A stretch of DNA of 64,000 nucleotides from an uncultured Chloroflexia bacterium (lineage in GTDB: Bacteria > Chloroflexota > Limnocylindria > Limnocylindrales > CSP1-4). The notes under the pieces are model-generated. The model was not told the DNA's origin and did not search any database. It was given only the letters and a program-made list of their open reading frames with translations. The DNA lies in contig OY970218.1 of assembly GCA_963713975.1 (NCBI GenBank), positions 608,001-672,000 of the forward strand, written 5' to 3'. This document shows positions 1 through 11,010 of the stretch, one piece after another. A program made the translations under genes and the position numbers. Numbering within the stretch: position 1 is the first letter of the stretch; each line of letters starts with the position of its first letter.

Positions 1-41
1 TCTTCGAAGTCCTGGCGGGGACTGCCCTCGTAGATCCGCAT
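1..41 (-). CDS. 5' end of a hypothetical protein running off the window edge (MRIYEGSPRQDFE...)
   Basis: ATG at 41 on the minus strand with GGAGCAGG RBS just upstream; frame stays open to the window edge; lies downstream of the ABC operon. Confidence 0.6.
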   Translation of the reverse strand, partial: MRIYEGSPRQDFE

Positions 42-98
42 GCCTGCTCCTCGCTGCGGCGTCCCCAGCCCCTCGGCGGGCTGCCCCGGCTCGGTTGG

Positions 99-1034
99 CT
101 ACGAGCCGGTGGTCCGGTCGAGCAGGCCCAGGTCGCGGGCACGTCGCTCGCTCGATCGGAAGATCGCGATCGACGCGAGTGTAGCGATCGCTCCGGTCAC
201 GAACAAGGCGACAAGCATGGTCGTTGCGTCCGGAGCTGCAGTTCCGGTGACAGCGGTCCACACGGAGTCCGGGCCGCCGATCGAGGACGGGCCGTCCGGC
301 GTCACCGCCAGCCGCACCGCGGCCACCCACCAGGAGATCGGGTTGAGAAGCCCCACGACCTGGATCGCGGGGGGCAGCACGGAGAGCGGGAAGACCACGC
401 CGCTCACCAGGAACAGGGCGCCGGCGAAGGCGTCCGGGTAGGACCAGCTCTCCTGGCGCGTCTGGAGGCAGATCGCGGCGAGCAGCACCCCGAGGGCGAG
501 GATCGGCACGAGACCCATCACCAGCGATACCACGAGGAGGGGCCAGCTCACGGCCGCGAGATCCACCCGCAGCCCGAGCACGATGACCGCGAACACGAGG
601 GCCACCGCGGTGCCCATCGCACCGGCGGCCAGGCGGGCGCCGCCGCGACCGACCAGCAGGACCAGGAACGTGGACGGGCTCACGTAGAGGTACTTGAGCA
701 TCCGGTAGCGCTCGCGGTCCTCGAGCACGGACCAGGCCGGGCCGGCGATCCCGGCCACGAGCATCGCCCACAGTGCGCTGCCCAGCACCACGAAGGTCCT
801 CGCGGCCTCGCTCGCCGCCCCGCCGATGATCTCGATCATGACGACCAGCAGGAGCAGCGAGAAGATCGGCTTGGCGACCGTGTAGATCAGGAACAGCGTG
901 GGGTCTGCCCAGTTGGACTCCACGCGCCAGCCGAGGAGCATCGCGGTGCGCAGGCTCCGGGCGCCGTCGGAGACGCTGCCACCCTCGGCGCGGAGCGGGT
1001 CGAAGCCGGTCGAGCCGGCGGTCAGGGCGCTCAC
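99..1034 (-). CDS. ABC-2 type exporter permease
   Basis: 311 aa, about 6 hydrophobic segments, SGVVFP...NPISW ABC-2 signature, 4-bp overlap with upstream permease. Confidence 0.85.
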   Translation of the reverse strand: MSALTAGSTGFDPLRAEGGSVSDGARSLRTAMLLGWRVESNWADPTLFLIYTVAKPIFSLLLLVVMIEIIGGAASEAARTFVVLGSALWAMLVAGIAGPAWSVLEDRERYRMLKYLYVSPSTFLVLLVGRGGARLAAGAMGTAVALVFAVIVLGLRVDLAAVSWPLLVVSLVMGLVPILALGVLLAAICLQTRQESWSYPDAFAGALFLVSGVVFPLSVLPPAIQVVGLLNPISWWVAAVRLAVTPDGPSSIGGPDSVWTAVTGTAAPDATTMLVALFVTGAIATLASIAIFRSSERRARDLGLLDRTTGS

Positions 1035-1924
1035 TGCCAGCGGATCGAGAGGCTGCCGCGGGACCGTGCCATCCGTTCGATCGTCCGGATCATCCGCCGT
1101 GCCAGCAGCATGAACACGATCGTCATCACGGCCAGGATCAGCGCCTCCACCTCCGGCGACGGCGTGCCGGTGATGTACGGCTGGCCGGCGAACACGAGCT
1201 GGCGCATGGCGTCCAGGCCGACGGCAAACGGGATCGTGGCGATCGCGATCGCGCCCAGGGCGCCCAACCGGCCGACCGGGAAGTTGAGGCCGGACACGAA
1301 GTAGACGGGCTCGATCAGGACGTTCGTCATGTGGAACGCCTCACGGCCCCACAGCAGGAAGAGGCTGGCGAGTGCCATCCCCAGGCCGTACAGCGCCGAC
1401 ATCGTGAGCAGGAAGACGAGGATCACCAGCCCCCACTGGTCGACCTGGAACGTGACGCCGAAGACGATGGCCGAGATCACGAGGACCGCGGCCGCCCGCA
1501 GGGAGCTCATCGCCAGGCCGCCCACGGCCATGCCCAGGAGCACCGCCATGAGGTCCATCGGCGCGGCGAAGTAGAGCTCCAGGTTCCCCTGGCTCTTCTC
1601 CCAGTACAGCTGTCCGGCCATCATCCACACGACGTTGAGCCAGAACGCCGACAGGGCGCCGCCCAGCACCACGAAACCGATGTACGCCTCGGGTGCCTGG
1701 AGCGCGCGGTACACGAGCACGAACGCCGACGTGGTCAGGAACGGCAGCAGGATCTCGAAGAACAGCCACGACGGCTCGCGGGTCATCCCGCGGACGCGCG
1801 GGTAGGCGCGACCGGCGAGCGCCCGCAGGTTGTTCGCCGCCACCTGGCGGCGCGTCCAGTCGGACGCGGTGCGCGGGTCGGTACCGCCTCGCGAGCGTGC
1901 GAAGATCCCGGCCGCGTCCGTCAC
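1031..1924 (-). CDS. ABC-2 type exporter permease
   Basis: 297 aa multi-TM, EKSQGNLE and SGLNFP motifs, follows the ATPase. Confidence 0.85.
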   Translation of the reverse strand: MTDAAGIFARSRGGTDPRTASDWTRRQVAANNLRALAGRAYPRVRGMTREPSWLFFEILLPFLTTSAFVLVYRALQAPEAYIGFVVLGGALSAFWLNVVWMMAGQLYWEKSQGNLELYFAAPMDLMAVLLGMAVGGLAMSSLRAAAVLVISAIVFGVTFQVDQWGLVILVFLLTMSALYGLGMALASLFLLWGREAFHMTNVLIEPVYFVSGLNFPVGRLGALGAIAIATIPFAVGLDAMRQLVFAGQPYITGTPSPEVEALILAVMTIVFMLLARRMIRTIERMARSRGSLSIRWQ

Positions 1925-1940
1925 TCGCCGGCACCCCTGT

Positions 1941-3038
1941 TCACTCGCCGACCTCCCAGGGCTGCTCAGGCTCCCGCTCCGGCGCTTCGGAGGGATCGGG
2001 CACCTGGCCCACCGTCTCGTCCTCGTCGGCGAAGCCCCGGCCCACGAGCTCCACGAACACGTCCTCCAGCGTGGGCTCGGACTTGCGGAGGGCGAGGATC
2101 TGCGAGCCGAGCCCGGCCAGCGCGGTGACGACGCCGCCGAGCACCCCGTCCTCCTCGAGCACGAGGTTCACCGCGACCCGCTGTACGTCCGGATCCGTCT
2201 CGGCGGCCAGCGAGGCCGAGACCACGCCCGGAAGGCGGGCCAGCGCCGGCACACCCTCGTCAAGATGGTCCACCTCGAGGCGGAAGATCGACTCCCGCTG
2301 GACGCGGCGCTTGAGCTGCTCGGGCGAGCCGATGGCCAGGATCCGGCCGTGATCGACGATCGCGATCCGCTCGCACAGCTCATCCGCCTCCGCCATGTAG
2401 TGGGTGGTGAGCAGGACCGTGCGCCCCGGCACGGCCCCCTTCCACTGCAGGACGAGGTCCCGGATTCCGCGCGCGGCGGCCACGTCCAGCCCCAGCGTGG
2501 GCTCGTCCAGGAACAGGATCCAGGGGTCGTTGAGCAGGCCGCGGGCCATGTTCATCTTCTGCCGCTGCCCGGTCGAGAGCGTGCTCACCCGCTGGAGCCG
2601 CTGGCCCTCCATCCCGACGGCCTCGATCAGCTCGTCGACGCGCCGCCAGCCCTCCTTGCCCGAGAGTCCGTAGAACTGGCTGAACATCCACAGCTGCTCG
2701 CGGACGGTGAGGATCCCATAGCCCGACTGCTCGCCGCCCGCCACCATGTTCATGATCCGGCGGATCCGCTTGGTGTCCGTCGCCACGTCGAAGCCGAAGA
2801 TGCTCGCGCTGCCGCTGGTCGGGAGCAGCAGCGTCGTCAGGATCTTGATCAGGGTCGTCTTGCCGGCACCGTTCGGCCCAAGGAGCCCGAAGAACTCACC
2901 GGGCGCCACCTCGAGGTCGACCCCGGCCAGCGCCACCACCGGGTTCGGCTTCAGCTCGTAGACGCGGCGAAGACCGCTGACCGAGATGGCGGGCGGCAGG
3001 GGCGAGTCGGGCTGTGGGGCGGGCTGTGGGGCGGACAT
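1941..3038 (-). CDS. ABC exporter ATP-binding protein (DrrA-like)
   Basis: Walker A GPNGAGKTT, LSTGQ signature, FLDEPT Walker B, C-terminal PTLEDVF. Confidence 0.92.
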   Translation of the reverse strand: MSAPQPAPQPDSPLPPAISVSGLRRVYELKPNPVVALAGVDLEVAPGEFFGLLGPNGAGKTTLIKILTTLLLPTSGSASIFGFDVATDTKRIRRIMNMVAGGEQSGYGILTVREQLWMFSQFYGLSGKEGWRRVDELIEAVGMEGQRLQRVSTLSTGQRQKMNMARGLLNDPWILFLDEPTLGLDVAAARGIRDLVLQWKGAVPGRTVLLTTHYMAEADELCERIAIVDHGRILAIGSPEQLKRRVQRESIFRLEVDHLDEGVPALARLPGVVSASLAAETDPDVQRVAVNLVLEEDGVLGGVVTALAGLGSQILALRKSEPTLEDVFVELVGRGFADEDETVGQVPDPSEAPEREPEQPWEVGE

Positions 3039-3096
3039 GGAGGTCCCTCGGGACGTGTCGGCGGGGCAGCGGAGCGTAGCACTTCGGGGTGCGCGA

Positions 3097-3117
3097 TGGA
3101 ATACGTCTATCTAACAC
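3097..3117 (-). promoter_or_regulatory. AT-rich putative repressor operator (GntR/YtrA-like) upstream of the ABC-2 operon
   Basis: minus strand GTGTTAGATAGACGTATTCCA, an AT-rich patch in GC-rich DNA just upstream of a TACGCT -10 element. Confidence 0.35.
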
Positions 3118-3181
3118 GGACAAGCGGAGCGTCGAACACGCGACGCCCCGATCGGCCTGCCGCTGCGGAGGTCCTCCGCGG

Positions 3182-4132
3182 TCAGCGGAGCAGGATGCCG
3201 GCCAGCTCACCTGCCACGCGGGCGTTGTTCGTGATCAGCGAGATGTTCGCCTTGACCGAGGCACCGCCGGTGATCGCCGCGACGCGGGCGAGCAGCCACG
3301 GGGTGACGGCCGCACCCGAGATCCCGGCCTCCTCGGCCTCCCGGATCGCCTGGTGGATGGCGCCGTGCGCGATCTCGAGCGGCAGGCCATCGGCTTCGGG
3401 CACCGGGTTGCAGATCACCAGGCCGGACACCAGGCCCATGGCCCGATGGGCACGGACGACGTCCGCGGCCGCCGCGATGTCCGGCACGTGGCTGGGTGCC
3501 GGGATGCCCGAGAGTCGTGAGTAGAAGCCGGGCACCTCGTCGATGCCCACGGACACCACCGGCACGCCACGCGTCTCGAGGTACTCGAGGGTCAGCGGCA
3601 CGTCCAGGATCGCCTTGGGACCGGCACAGACGACAGCGACCGGCGTTCGCGCCAGCTCGTCAAGGTCGGCGGAGATGTCGAAGGTGGCCGGGTGCGATGT
3701 CCCGACCCCGCCGGAGCCCAGGGCTCCGCGATGGACCCCGCCGATCCCTCCGGTCGCGAACACGCCGATCCCGGCGGCTTCGGCGGCGATCATCGTCGCC
3801 GCCACGGTGGTCGCGCCCCACTCGCCGGAGGCGATCGCCAGGCCAAGGTTCGGCCTCGAGACCTTGCGCACGCTGCCCTTGGGCGCCGTGGCGAGGGCCT
3901 CGAGCTCGGCCGCGGACAGGCCGACCAGGAGCCGGCCCTCGTTGAGCGCAACGGTGGCCGGCACCGCACCCGCCGACCGGACGGCGGCCTCGGAGGCGGT
4001 GGCGACCTCCACGTTCTGCGGGTAGGGCAGGCCATGGCTGATGAGCGTGGATTCGAGGGCGACGACGGGTCGGCCTGCGCGCAGTGCGTCGGCGACCTCC
4101 GGGGCGATGGCGAGGCGGTCGGGGGTGATCAT
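3182..4132 (-). CDS. psuG: pseudouridine-5'-phosphate glycosidase
   Basis: VALESTLISHGLPYPQN, ATTVAATM, FATGGIGGVHRG, DISADL, KAILD motifs. Confidence 0.95.
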   Translation of the reverse strand: MITPDRLAIAPEVADALRAGRPVVALESTLISHGLPYPQNVEVATASEAAVRSAGAVPATVALNEGRLLVGLSAAELEALATAPKGSVRKVSRPNLGLAIASGEWGATTVAATMIAAEAAGIGVFATGGIGGVHRGALGSGGVGTSHPATFDISADLDELARTPVAVVCAGPKAILDVPLTLEYLETRGVPVVSVGIDEVPGFYSRLSGIPAPSHVPDIAAAADVVRAHRAMGLVSGLVICNPVPEADGLPLEIAHGAIHQAIREAEEAGISGAAVTPWLLARVAAITGGASVKANISLITNNARVAGELAGILLR

Positions 4133-4198
4133 GGATTGGAGGGTACGCCGGGTGATACGGCCCGTGCGGTGGCGGACCCGGGCGTCTAGTCTCGGACC

Positions 4199-6268
4199 AT
4201 GAACAGATCACCCCGCTGGACTCCCAGGCCCCCCACGCCCGACATCCTCCGGGACCAGGTGGTCCTCGAGGAGCACGACCTTGCCGCCGACGGCTCGTTC
4301 GCCGTCGTGACGCGGCGGAGCGTGAGCCGCGGGAAGTACGCCTCGCACTGCTGGCTCGTCCCGCTCGATGGCGGTCCGCAGGCTCAGTTGACGCACGGCC
4401 TGCTGCGGGACAAGCACCCAGTGATCTCGCCCGACGGCCGACGCCTCGTATTCGTCCGCAAGAAGCCCGGGTCTCGCAACCGGCACCGGGACGCACATCT
4501 CATGATCCTCGAGCTGGGCCGGGCGGGCGGCTCCCCCGACCCAGTCATGATCGATACCGGCACGCTCAGCCCGGGCGAGCTTGCCTGGTCGCCCGATGGC
4601 CGGTCGATCGCGTTCACCGCCGAGACGGGCGAGCAGCGGTTCGTCGTGGGCCCGAAGCCGAAGGAAGGCGAGCCCATGGCGCGGCGGGTCCGGGTCCTCG
4701 ACTACCGCTGGGACGAGGAGGGCTACCTCGATCGACAGGGGCAGCTGTTCGTCGTGGCGGTGGACGACGGAGGGGGTTCGGGAGCGGGCCCGGGAGAGAG
4801 CCCGCGGCAGCTGACGAACCTTGCGAGCTCCGTCTCCGACATCGCCTGGCGGCCGGACGGCATGGCCATCGCGTTCACCGCGGACCCGAGGCAAGATGCC
4901 GACCGCCACCCCAGGACCTCGATCTGGGAGGTGGCGTCGGCCGGTGGGGAGCCACGCGAGATCCTCGCCCTCGCTGGGCCCGTCAAGTCGCCGGCGTACT
5001 CGCCGGACGGTCGCTGGATCGCGGGCATCGGCGTGGACGAACCGGACTACTTCGACGACCTCTCCCCCACGCTCCACCTGGGACCGGCGGACGGTCGCGC
5101 GCCCGCCGTCGCCCTCGCCCCGGACCTGGACCGGCCGGTGGGCAACTGGGCCGACACGGACCTGACCGGCTGGATGACGAGCAGTCGGCCGGGACCGCTG
5201 TGGACCGGTCCTGATGCCCTCGTCGCGCTGGTGACCGACCGCGGGCGGACGCACCCGTGGCGCTTCCCGATCGATGCCTCGGCGGGTCGCCCGGCCGACG
5301 ACCCCACGCGTCTCGCCCAGGGCGATGTGATGGCCAACACGGTCGCCGTGGGTGGCGGCCGGCTCACCGTGACGGCCACGATCGACGCCCGGCCGCCGGA
5401 GCTGTGCGAGGTGATGGCGGACGGATCGCTGCGCCCGCTGACGACGATGGGCACCTCGTGGATCCGCGGCCTGGCGTGGCCAGAGATGCGCCGGGTAGAG
5501 GCACCAGGGCCCGGAGGCCCGGTGGAGACGTGGATCGCCTCGCCCGCCGGTGCCGGCGACGGGACCCTGCCCACGGTCGTGGACGTCCACGGCGGCCCGC
5601 TGGGCGCCTGGGCCCCGGCGCCATCGCTGGAGGTCGTCCTCCTGTGCGCGAGGGGCTACCGCGTGGTGCTTCCGAACATCCGCGGCTCGGCGTCCTACGG
5701 CGCCGGGTGGATCACGCCACAGCTGGGCGACTGGGGCGGGCCGGACGCGGCGGATGTGCACGCGGCGCTCGACCACGTGGTGGCCGTCGGGCTCGCCGAC
5801 CCGGAGCGACTCGGCGCCCTTGGCCTCTCGTACGGCGGGTTCATGATCAACTGGCTCGTGGGCACCACGGACCGGTTCCGCGCGGCCGTCTCCGAGAACG
5901 GCGTGACGAACCAGGTCTCCGCATGGGCCCACAGCGACAGCGGCCCCGAGTACTGCCGCACCGCCCGGATGGGGGACCCGACCACGCCCGAGGGCATCGA
6001 GCAGCTCTGGCGCCAGTCACCGCTGCGCAACGTCGCCAGCGTGCGGACGCCGCTGCTCATGCTCCAGGCGGAGGCCGACCTGCGGTGCCCAGCGGCTGAC
6101 AACGAGCAGTTCTTCATCGCCCTCCGGTGGCTCGGCCGCGAGGTGGAGTTCGTCCTCTATCCGGAGGAGTACCACGTGATCCAGGCGACCGGTCGCATCG
6201 ACCGGCGCATCGACCGGATGACCCGGATGCTCGACTGGTTCGACCGATTCCTGGTCGCTCCCGCCTGA
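4199..6268 (+). CDS. S9 family (prolyl oligopeptidase/acylaminoacyl) peptidase
   Basis: N-terminal WD40/PD40-like repeats (SPDG), HGGP, nucleophile GLSYGG, DLRC and EYH triad residues. Confidence 0.92.
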   Translation: MNRSPRWTPRPPTPDILRDQVVLEEHDLAADGSFAVVTRRSVSRGKYASHCWLVPLDGGPQAQLTHGLLRDKHPVISPDGRRLVFVRKKPGSRNRHRDAHLMILELGRAGGSPDPVMIDTGTLSPGELAWSPDGRSIAFTAETGEQRFVVGPKPKEGEPMARRVRVLDYRWDEEGYLDRQGQLFVVAVDDGGGSGAGPGESPRQLTNLASSVSDIAWRPDGMAIAFTADPRQDADRHPRTSIWEVASAGGEPREILALAGPVKSPAYSPDGRWIAGIGVDEPDYFDDLSPTLHLGPADGRAPAVALAPDLDRPVGNWADTDLTGWMTSSRPGPLWTGPDALVALVTDRGRTHPWRFPIDASAGRPADDPTRLAQGDVMANTVAVGGGRLTVTATIDARPPELCEVMADGSLRPLTTMGTSWIRGLAWPEMRRVEAPGPGGPVETWIASPAGAGDGTLPTVVDVHGGPLGAWAPAPSLEVVLLCARGYRVVLPNIRGSASYGAGWITPQLGDWGGPDAADVHAALDHVVAVGLADPERLGALGLSYGGFMINWLVGTTDRFRAAVSENGVTNQVSAWAHSDSGPEYCRTARMGDPTTPEGIEQLWRQSPLRNVASVRTPLLMLQAEADLRCPAADNEQFFIALRWLGREVEFVLYPEEYHVIQATGRIDRRIDRMTRMLDWFDRFLVAPA

Positions 6269-6367
6269 CGATGCCGTGAGACCGGGTGGTGGCCGGCAGG
6301 GCCGTCCCGCTGACCGTCCCGTGCCCGGCGGCCCCGGGCGCGGCGCGGCCAGCCGTTTCACGCGCCC

Positions 6368-7348
6368 TCAGCCCAGGGCGAGCTCGCGCGGCGGGGTCGA
6401 CAGGTGACGCAGAGCCGTCCGATTGCCCACGATCGCGCCGCGACGCAATGCCGCGGCCGTCCTCAGGCCCTTCCTCCTCGCATCGAGCCAGCCGAAGAGA
6501 AAGCCGGCGTCGAACGCGTCACCGGCACCCGTCGTGTCCGCGGCCATGATGGACGTCGTCGGGACCTCGAAGCTGAGCCGGGCATGACCGTCCCGGGCGA
6601 GGATCGTGGCTCCCTTGCGGCCACGCTTGAGCACCACGACGGGCGCGAGCTCCAGGAGGTCCTCGGTGCGCTTGGGGCCGACCAGCGCGCGGGACTCGTC
6701 CTTCGTCGCGAACAGGAGATCGGGCGCCACGTTCAGGAGGAGCGACAGGGCCGCGCCACGGCCATTCTCCAGGAGCGGAGCCGAGGACGAGAGATCCACG
6801 GCGACCAGCACCCCGGACGCGCTCGCGAGCCTGGCCGCGGCCATTCCGGCGTCGCCCAGCGGCTGGTCGAGCAGTGAGTAGGCCGGAAGATGCAGCGCGT
6901 CTGCGGCCTGGAACCAGTCCAGGCGCAGATCCTCCGGCCGGAGCCGGAGTGCCGCGCCGCGCTCGGTGACGAAGGAGCGCTCGCCGCCCGGCGCCACCAG
7001 GACGCCGATGCGTCCCGTCCTCGCTCCTGCCACGCGAACGGCGTGCACGACGACGCCATCGGCCTCGGCCGCCGCGACAAGCGCCCGGCCGGGCGCATCC
7101 CTCCCGATCGCGCAGATCAGCGAGCTCCGGGCGCCCAGCCTGCCGAGCCACCGGGCGGTCGATGCCGCCGAGCCGCCCTGCCGGAGCATCACGCGCCCCG
7201 TGACGTCCGTTCCGCGCTGGAGGTCCCGATCCGGAGCAAGGACGACGTCGACCACGAGGTCACCGAGGACGATGACGGCGGGTCCATTGGCGGTCGCCGA
7301 CCGACTCCGGGGACGGCCGACGGGGCGGGGCGCCTGAGGGTCGAGCAT
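6368..7348 (-). CDS. PfkB-family carbohydrate kinase, probable pseudouridine kinase
   Basis: GGSAA N-terminal motif and [13 protein letters not shown]-terminal PfkB signature; close to psuG. Confidence 0.85.
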   Translation of the reverse strand: MLDPQAPRPVGRPRSRSATANGPAVIVLGDLVVDVVLAPDRDLQRGTDVTGRVMLRQGGSAASTARWLGRLGARSSLICAIGRDAPGRALVAAAEADGVVVHAVRVAGARTGRIGVLVAPGGERSFVTERGAALRLRPEDLRLDWFQAADALHLPAYSLLDQPLGDAGMAAARLASASGVLVAVDLSSSAPLLENGRGAALSLLLNVAPDLLFATKDESRALVGPKRTEDLLELAPVVVLKRGRKGATILARDGHARLSFEVPTTSIMAADTTGAGDAFDAGFLFGWLDARRKGLRTAAALRRGAIVGNRTALRHLSTPPRELALG

Positions 7349-7440
7349 GGTGGCGAGGATACCCGTCGGGCGAGGGTGTGGCGGTCGCTAGCCGGGAGGC
7401 AGGGGGCAAGCCTGGGTCCTTGCGCCGGCGCGCACACCGC

Positions 7441-7488
7441 GGAGCCTGGACCGCGCCCGACCCGGGAGCCTGCACCGGACCCGAACCG
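7441..7488. repeat. imperfect 24-bp tandem direct repeat in the pfkB/tkt divergent intergenic region
   Basis: ggagcctggaccgcgcccgacccg / ggagcctgcaccggacccgaaccg (20/24 identical), just upstream of a TACGAT -10 at 7501-7506. Confidence 0.6.
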
Positions 7489-7594
7489 GGCACCGCGCGG
7501 TACGATGGAGGCTCGCGGCCGAACGTGCCGCGCTGCCGCCCGTCGACCGGCCCCGGCAGCCCCGCATGCGCCCCCCGCGCACCCGGAGACAGCG

Positions 7595-9673
7595 ATGACC
7601 CCCGCCACGGACCAGCTCGAGCGGCTTGCCGTCGACACCATCCGCACCCTCTCCATCGATGGCGTGCAGCAGGCCAACTCCGGGCACCCGGGCGCCCCCA
7701 TGGGCATGGCGCCGATGGCATACGCCCTGTGGACCAAGCACCTGCGCCATGCGCCCACCGATCCCGCATGGCCCAACCGGGACCGCTTCGTCCTGTCCGC
7801 CGGCCATGCGAGCATGCTGCTCTACTCGCTGCTCCACCTGACCGGCTACGACGTCTCCCTCGACGACCTCAAGTCGTTCCGCCAGTGGGGCTCGATCACC
7901 CCGGGCCACCCCGAATACGGGCTGACCCCCGGCGTGGAGGCCACCACGGGCCCGCTGGGCCAGGGCCTCGTCAACGGCGTGGGCATGGCCATCGCGGAGC
8001 GCCGCCTCGCCGGTGAGTTCAACAAGCCCGGCCACGACGTCATCGACCATCGGACCTACGTCATCTGCTCCGACGGGGACCTCCAGGAGGGGATCACCGC
8101 CGAGGCGGCCTCGCTGGCCGGACACCTGAAGCTCGGCAGGCTGATCGCCCTCTATGACGACAACCGGATCCAGCTCGACGGCCCCACCGCCTGGACCTTC
8201 ACCGAGGACGTCATCGCCCGCTTCGACGCCTACGGCTGGCACACCCAGCGGATCGAGGACGGCAACGACGTCGCGGCCATCAGCGCCGCCATCGAGGCCG
8301 CCAAGGCCGACGACCGCCCGTCGATCATCGCGGTCCACACCCACATCGGCTTCGGCAGCCCCAACAAGCAGGACAGCCAGAAGAGCCACGGTGCCCCGCT
8401 TGGCCCGGACGAGGTGCGCCTCACGAAGGAGGCCTACGGCTGGGATCCGGACAAGACCTTCTACATCCCCGAGGAGGCGGGCGCGCTGTTCCTCCGCGCG
8501 GTGGACGATGGCAAGGCCGCGGTCGCCGCATGGGACGAGGCCGTCGATACCTATGCCGCCGCCCACCCGGCCGAGGCAGCCGAGCTCCGTCGCCGGGTCG
8601 GCGGCCGCCTGGCCGACGGCTGGGATGCCAGCCTCCCCGCCTGGGAGGCCGGCTCCGAGGTGGCGACCCGCAACGCCAGCGCCGACCTGATCCAGGCACT
8701 TGCCGGTCCCGTCCCGGAGCTGTTCGGTGGTTCCGCGGACCTGTCGGAGTCCAACCTGACGGACGTGAAGGCCCTGGGCCACGACCATTTCGAGGCCGAC
8801 CACGCCGGTCGCAACATCCGGTTCGGCGTCCGCGAGCACGCGATGGGCGGCATCGCCAACGGTATCGCCTACCACGGCGGCCTCCTCCCCTATGCCGCGA
8901 CCTTCATGACCTTCAGCGACTACATGCGGGGCGCGGTTCGAATCGCCGCCCTGTCGAACCTGCACGTGACCTACGTCTGGACGCACGACTCCGTGGGGCT
9001 CGGCGAGGACGGCCCCACCCACCAGCCGGTCGAGCACTACGCGGCCCTCCGCGCCATCCCCAACCTGTGGTTCGTCCGGCCCGGCGATGGCAACGAGACG
9101 GCGGCGGCCTGGGCGCTCGCGGTGGAGCGGCCGGCGATCGACGGTGCGACGTCCGGCCCGGTGGCCCTCGCGCTGACCCGCCAGAAGCTGCCGACCCTGC
9201 CCGGAACCCATGAGCTCGCCCGCAAGGGCGTCCGCCGTGGTGGCTACATCCTGCGCGAGGCCGCGAGTGGGGATCCTCAACTGATCCTGATCGGGACCGG
9301 CTCCGAGCTGCAGCTGTGTATGGCCGCCGCCGACGTCCTCGAGGCCGAGGGCATCCCGACCCGGGTGGTGAGCCTGCCCTGCTGGGAGCGCTTCGACGCC
9401 CAGAGCCAGGCCTACCGGGACGGTGTCCTGCCGCCGTCCGTGCGCAAGCGCGTGACGGTGGAGATGGGCATCTCGCTGGGCTGGGAGCGATACGCCGGCG
9501 ACGAGGGCGCCATCATCGGCATCGATCACTTCGGCGCCAGCGCACCCGCCGGCACGATCCTGCGCGAGTTCGGCTTCACGGTCGACCGGGTGGCGGACGT
9601 CGCGCGGCGCGTCATGCGCGACGGGCTCCGAGGCAGGCAGGCGACGCTCCATGCGCCGCACGGCAAGCGCTGA
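7595..9673 (+). CDS. tkt: transketolase
   Basis: [33 protein letters not shown] motif, [23 protein letters not shown]; ATG at 7595 after GGAG RBS. Confidence 0.97.
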   Translation: MTPATDQLERLAVDTIRTLSIDGVQQANSGHPGAPMGMAPMAYALWTKHLRHAPTDPAWPNRDRFVLSAGHASMLLYSLLHLTGYDVSLDDLKSFRQWGSITPGHPEYGLTPGVEATTGPLGQGLVNGVGMAIAERRLAGEFNKPGHDVIDHRTYVICSDGDLQEGITAEAASLAGHLKLGRLIALYDDNRIQLDGPTAWTFTEDVIARFDAYGWHTQRIEDGNDVAAISAAIEAAKADDRPSIIAVHTHIGFGSPNKQDSQKSHGAPLGPDEVRLTKEAYGWDPDKTFYIPEEAGALFLRAVDDGKAAVAAWDEAVDTYAAAHPAEAAELRRRVGGRLADGWDASLPAWEAGSEVATRNASADLIQALAGPVPELFGGSADLSESNLTDVKALGHDHFEADHAGRNIRFGVREHAMGGIANGIAYHGGLLPYAATFMTFSDYMRGAVRIAALSNLHVTYVWTHDSVGLGEDGPTHQPVEHYAALRAIPNLWFVRPGDGNETAAAWALAVERPAIDGATSGPVALALTRQKLPTLPGTHELARKGVRRGGYILREAASGDPQLILIGTGSELQLCMAAADVLEAEGIPTRVVSLPCWERFDAQSQAYRDGVLPPSVRKRVTVEMGISLGWERYAGDEGAIIGIDHFGASAPAGTILREFGFTVDRVADVARRVMRDGLRGRQATLHAPHGKR

Positions 9674-9683
9674 GGCCCGGACG

Positions 9684-10157
9684 ATGCGAATCGCCGTCGC
9701 AGCGGACCACGCCGGAGCCGCGTTCAAGCAGGAGCTCCTCGCGAAGCTGGCCGCACTCATGGCCGGCCAGCATGAGCTGATCGACCTCGGGGGTGACGGC
9801 TCGGACCCTCACGACGACTACCCGGACTTCGCCCATGCCGTGGGCCTGGCGATCCAGGGCGGGCAGGCGGATCGCGGGATCCTCGTCTGCGGATCCGGCG
9901 TCGGTGCCTCGGTCGCGGCCAACAAGATGCGCGGCATCCGGGCCGGCCTGTGTCACGACACCTACAGCGCGCACCAGGGTGTCGAGCACGACGACATGAA
10001 CGTGCTGGCCATGGGTTCGCGCGTGATCGGGATCGAGCCCGCCCTCGAGTGTGCGGTCGCCTTCCTCGACGCGCGCTTCTCCGGGGAGCCGCGACACCTC
10101 CGGCGCCTGGACAAGGTGCTCGCGATCGAGGCGGAGTCGATGGACCGCGGCGAGTGA
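9684..10157 (+). CDS. rpiB: ribose-5-phosphate isomerase B
   Basis: [30 protein letters not shown] motifs. Confidence 0.95.
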   Translation: MRIAVAADHAGAAFKQELLAKLAALMAGQHELIDLGGDGSDPHDDYPDFAHAVGLAIQGGQADRGILVCGSGVGASVAANKMRGIRAGLCHDTYSAHQGVEHDDMNVLAMGSRVIGIEPALECAVAFLDARFSGEPRHLRRLDKVLAIEAESMDRGE

Positions 10158-10633
10158 CCGACTCGCCGGACCTCGAGTGGATCGAGCCCGAGGAGCTGGA
10201 GCCACCCGACGACCCTGTGGGCGACGCGATCCGGGCGGCGAATACCCGCTACGCCCACGCCCTGGCCACTGCCGACGCCGAGCGCCTGTGCGAGCTGTTC
10301 GAGCCCGACGGCGCCATCATCGACGGGGACGGACCCGATGCCGTCGGCCACGAGGGTCTGCGCGACATGGCCGCCTACGCCCGCGAGCGGTTCGCGGATG
10401 TCACGTTCGAGATCGACGTCGACTGGGTCAAGATCGACCCGCTCGATGGCGCGGTGGCCTTCGCCAACGGCACGTGGCGGATGGCATTCGTGCCGCGACC
10501 TGAGGGCCGAGCGGGCACTGGCTCTGGAGAGGCGGTGCGATCGTCGGGCACCTACGCCCAGGCCTGGCACCGCGGGACCGATGGCGCGTGGCGCCTCCAC
10601 CGCGACCTGACGTTGACTCGCGCGGAGTCCTGA
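10154..10633 (+). CDS. NTF2-like (SnoaL/DUF4440) protein
   Basis: GTG overlapping the rpiB stop (GTGA); AIRAAN...[13 protein letters not shown] and C-terminal DGAWRL typical of the NTF2 fold. Confidence 0.75.
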   Translation: MTDSPDLEWIEPEELEPPDDPVGDAIRAANTRYAHALATADAERLCELFEPDGAIIDGDGPDAVGHEGLRDMAAYARERFADVTFEIDVDWVKIDPLDGAVAFANGTWRMAFVPRPEGRAGTGSGEAVRSSGTYAQAWHRGTDGAWRLHRDLTLTRAES

Positions 10634-10904
10634 GCCCGCCTGGGCACCCGCGTGGCGCCTTCACGACCGGTGGCGGTATCGGGGCGTTGGGCGGCGGTCA
10701 AGGGGCCGGAGCGGCTGATCGTGGTGGCCATGAGCACCCGGGGTGATCATGGAGTCGCCGCAGGGACGCGGCGAGACCGGGCCTTGCGCCGGTGGTCTTG
10801 ACCCTGGCAGGCCTCGGCCGCTGTCTCCCCGCCGGCCCCGGCCGCCGATCCCCTGTCCACGACCGCCGATCCCCTGCCGTCCCCGGGCGCCAGGCGGCCC
10901 GTCC

Positions 10905-11010
10905 GGTGGGCACGATCTCCAGTTCGGCCGCTATCAGCGAGCGGCCAGCCGGCGATCGGCGCCTGAAGCGATCGCCCGCTCTCATGGCGAGCAGAACGTG
11001 GGTCGCCACC
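10905..11010. repeat. long imperfect inverted repeat (REP/MITE-like hairpin) in a 560-bp intergenic gap
   Basis: ggtgg..gatctccagttc..gctatcagcgagcgg..ggcgatcg / cgatcgcc..cgctctcatggcg..gaacgtgggtc..ccacc; a 21-bp-period repeat of ccgccgatcccctg also lies at ~10842-10876. Confidence 0.5.

Noticed and set aside
7388-9760. Long antisense or alternate-frame ORFs (here and e.g. 21827-23710, 24622-26895, 49759-51765, 54466-56475)
   Set aside because: Expected stop-poor shadows of real genes in very GC-rich DNA; no motifs and implausible composition.
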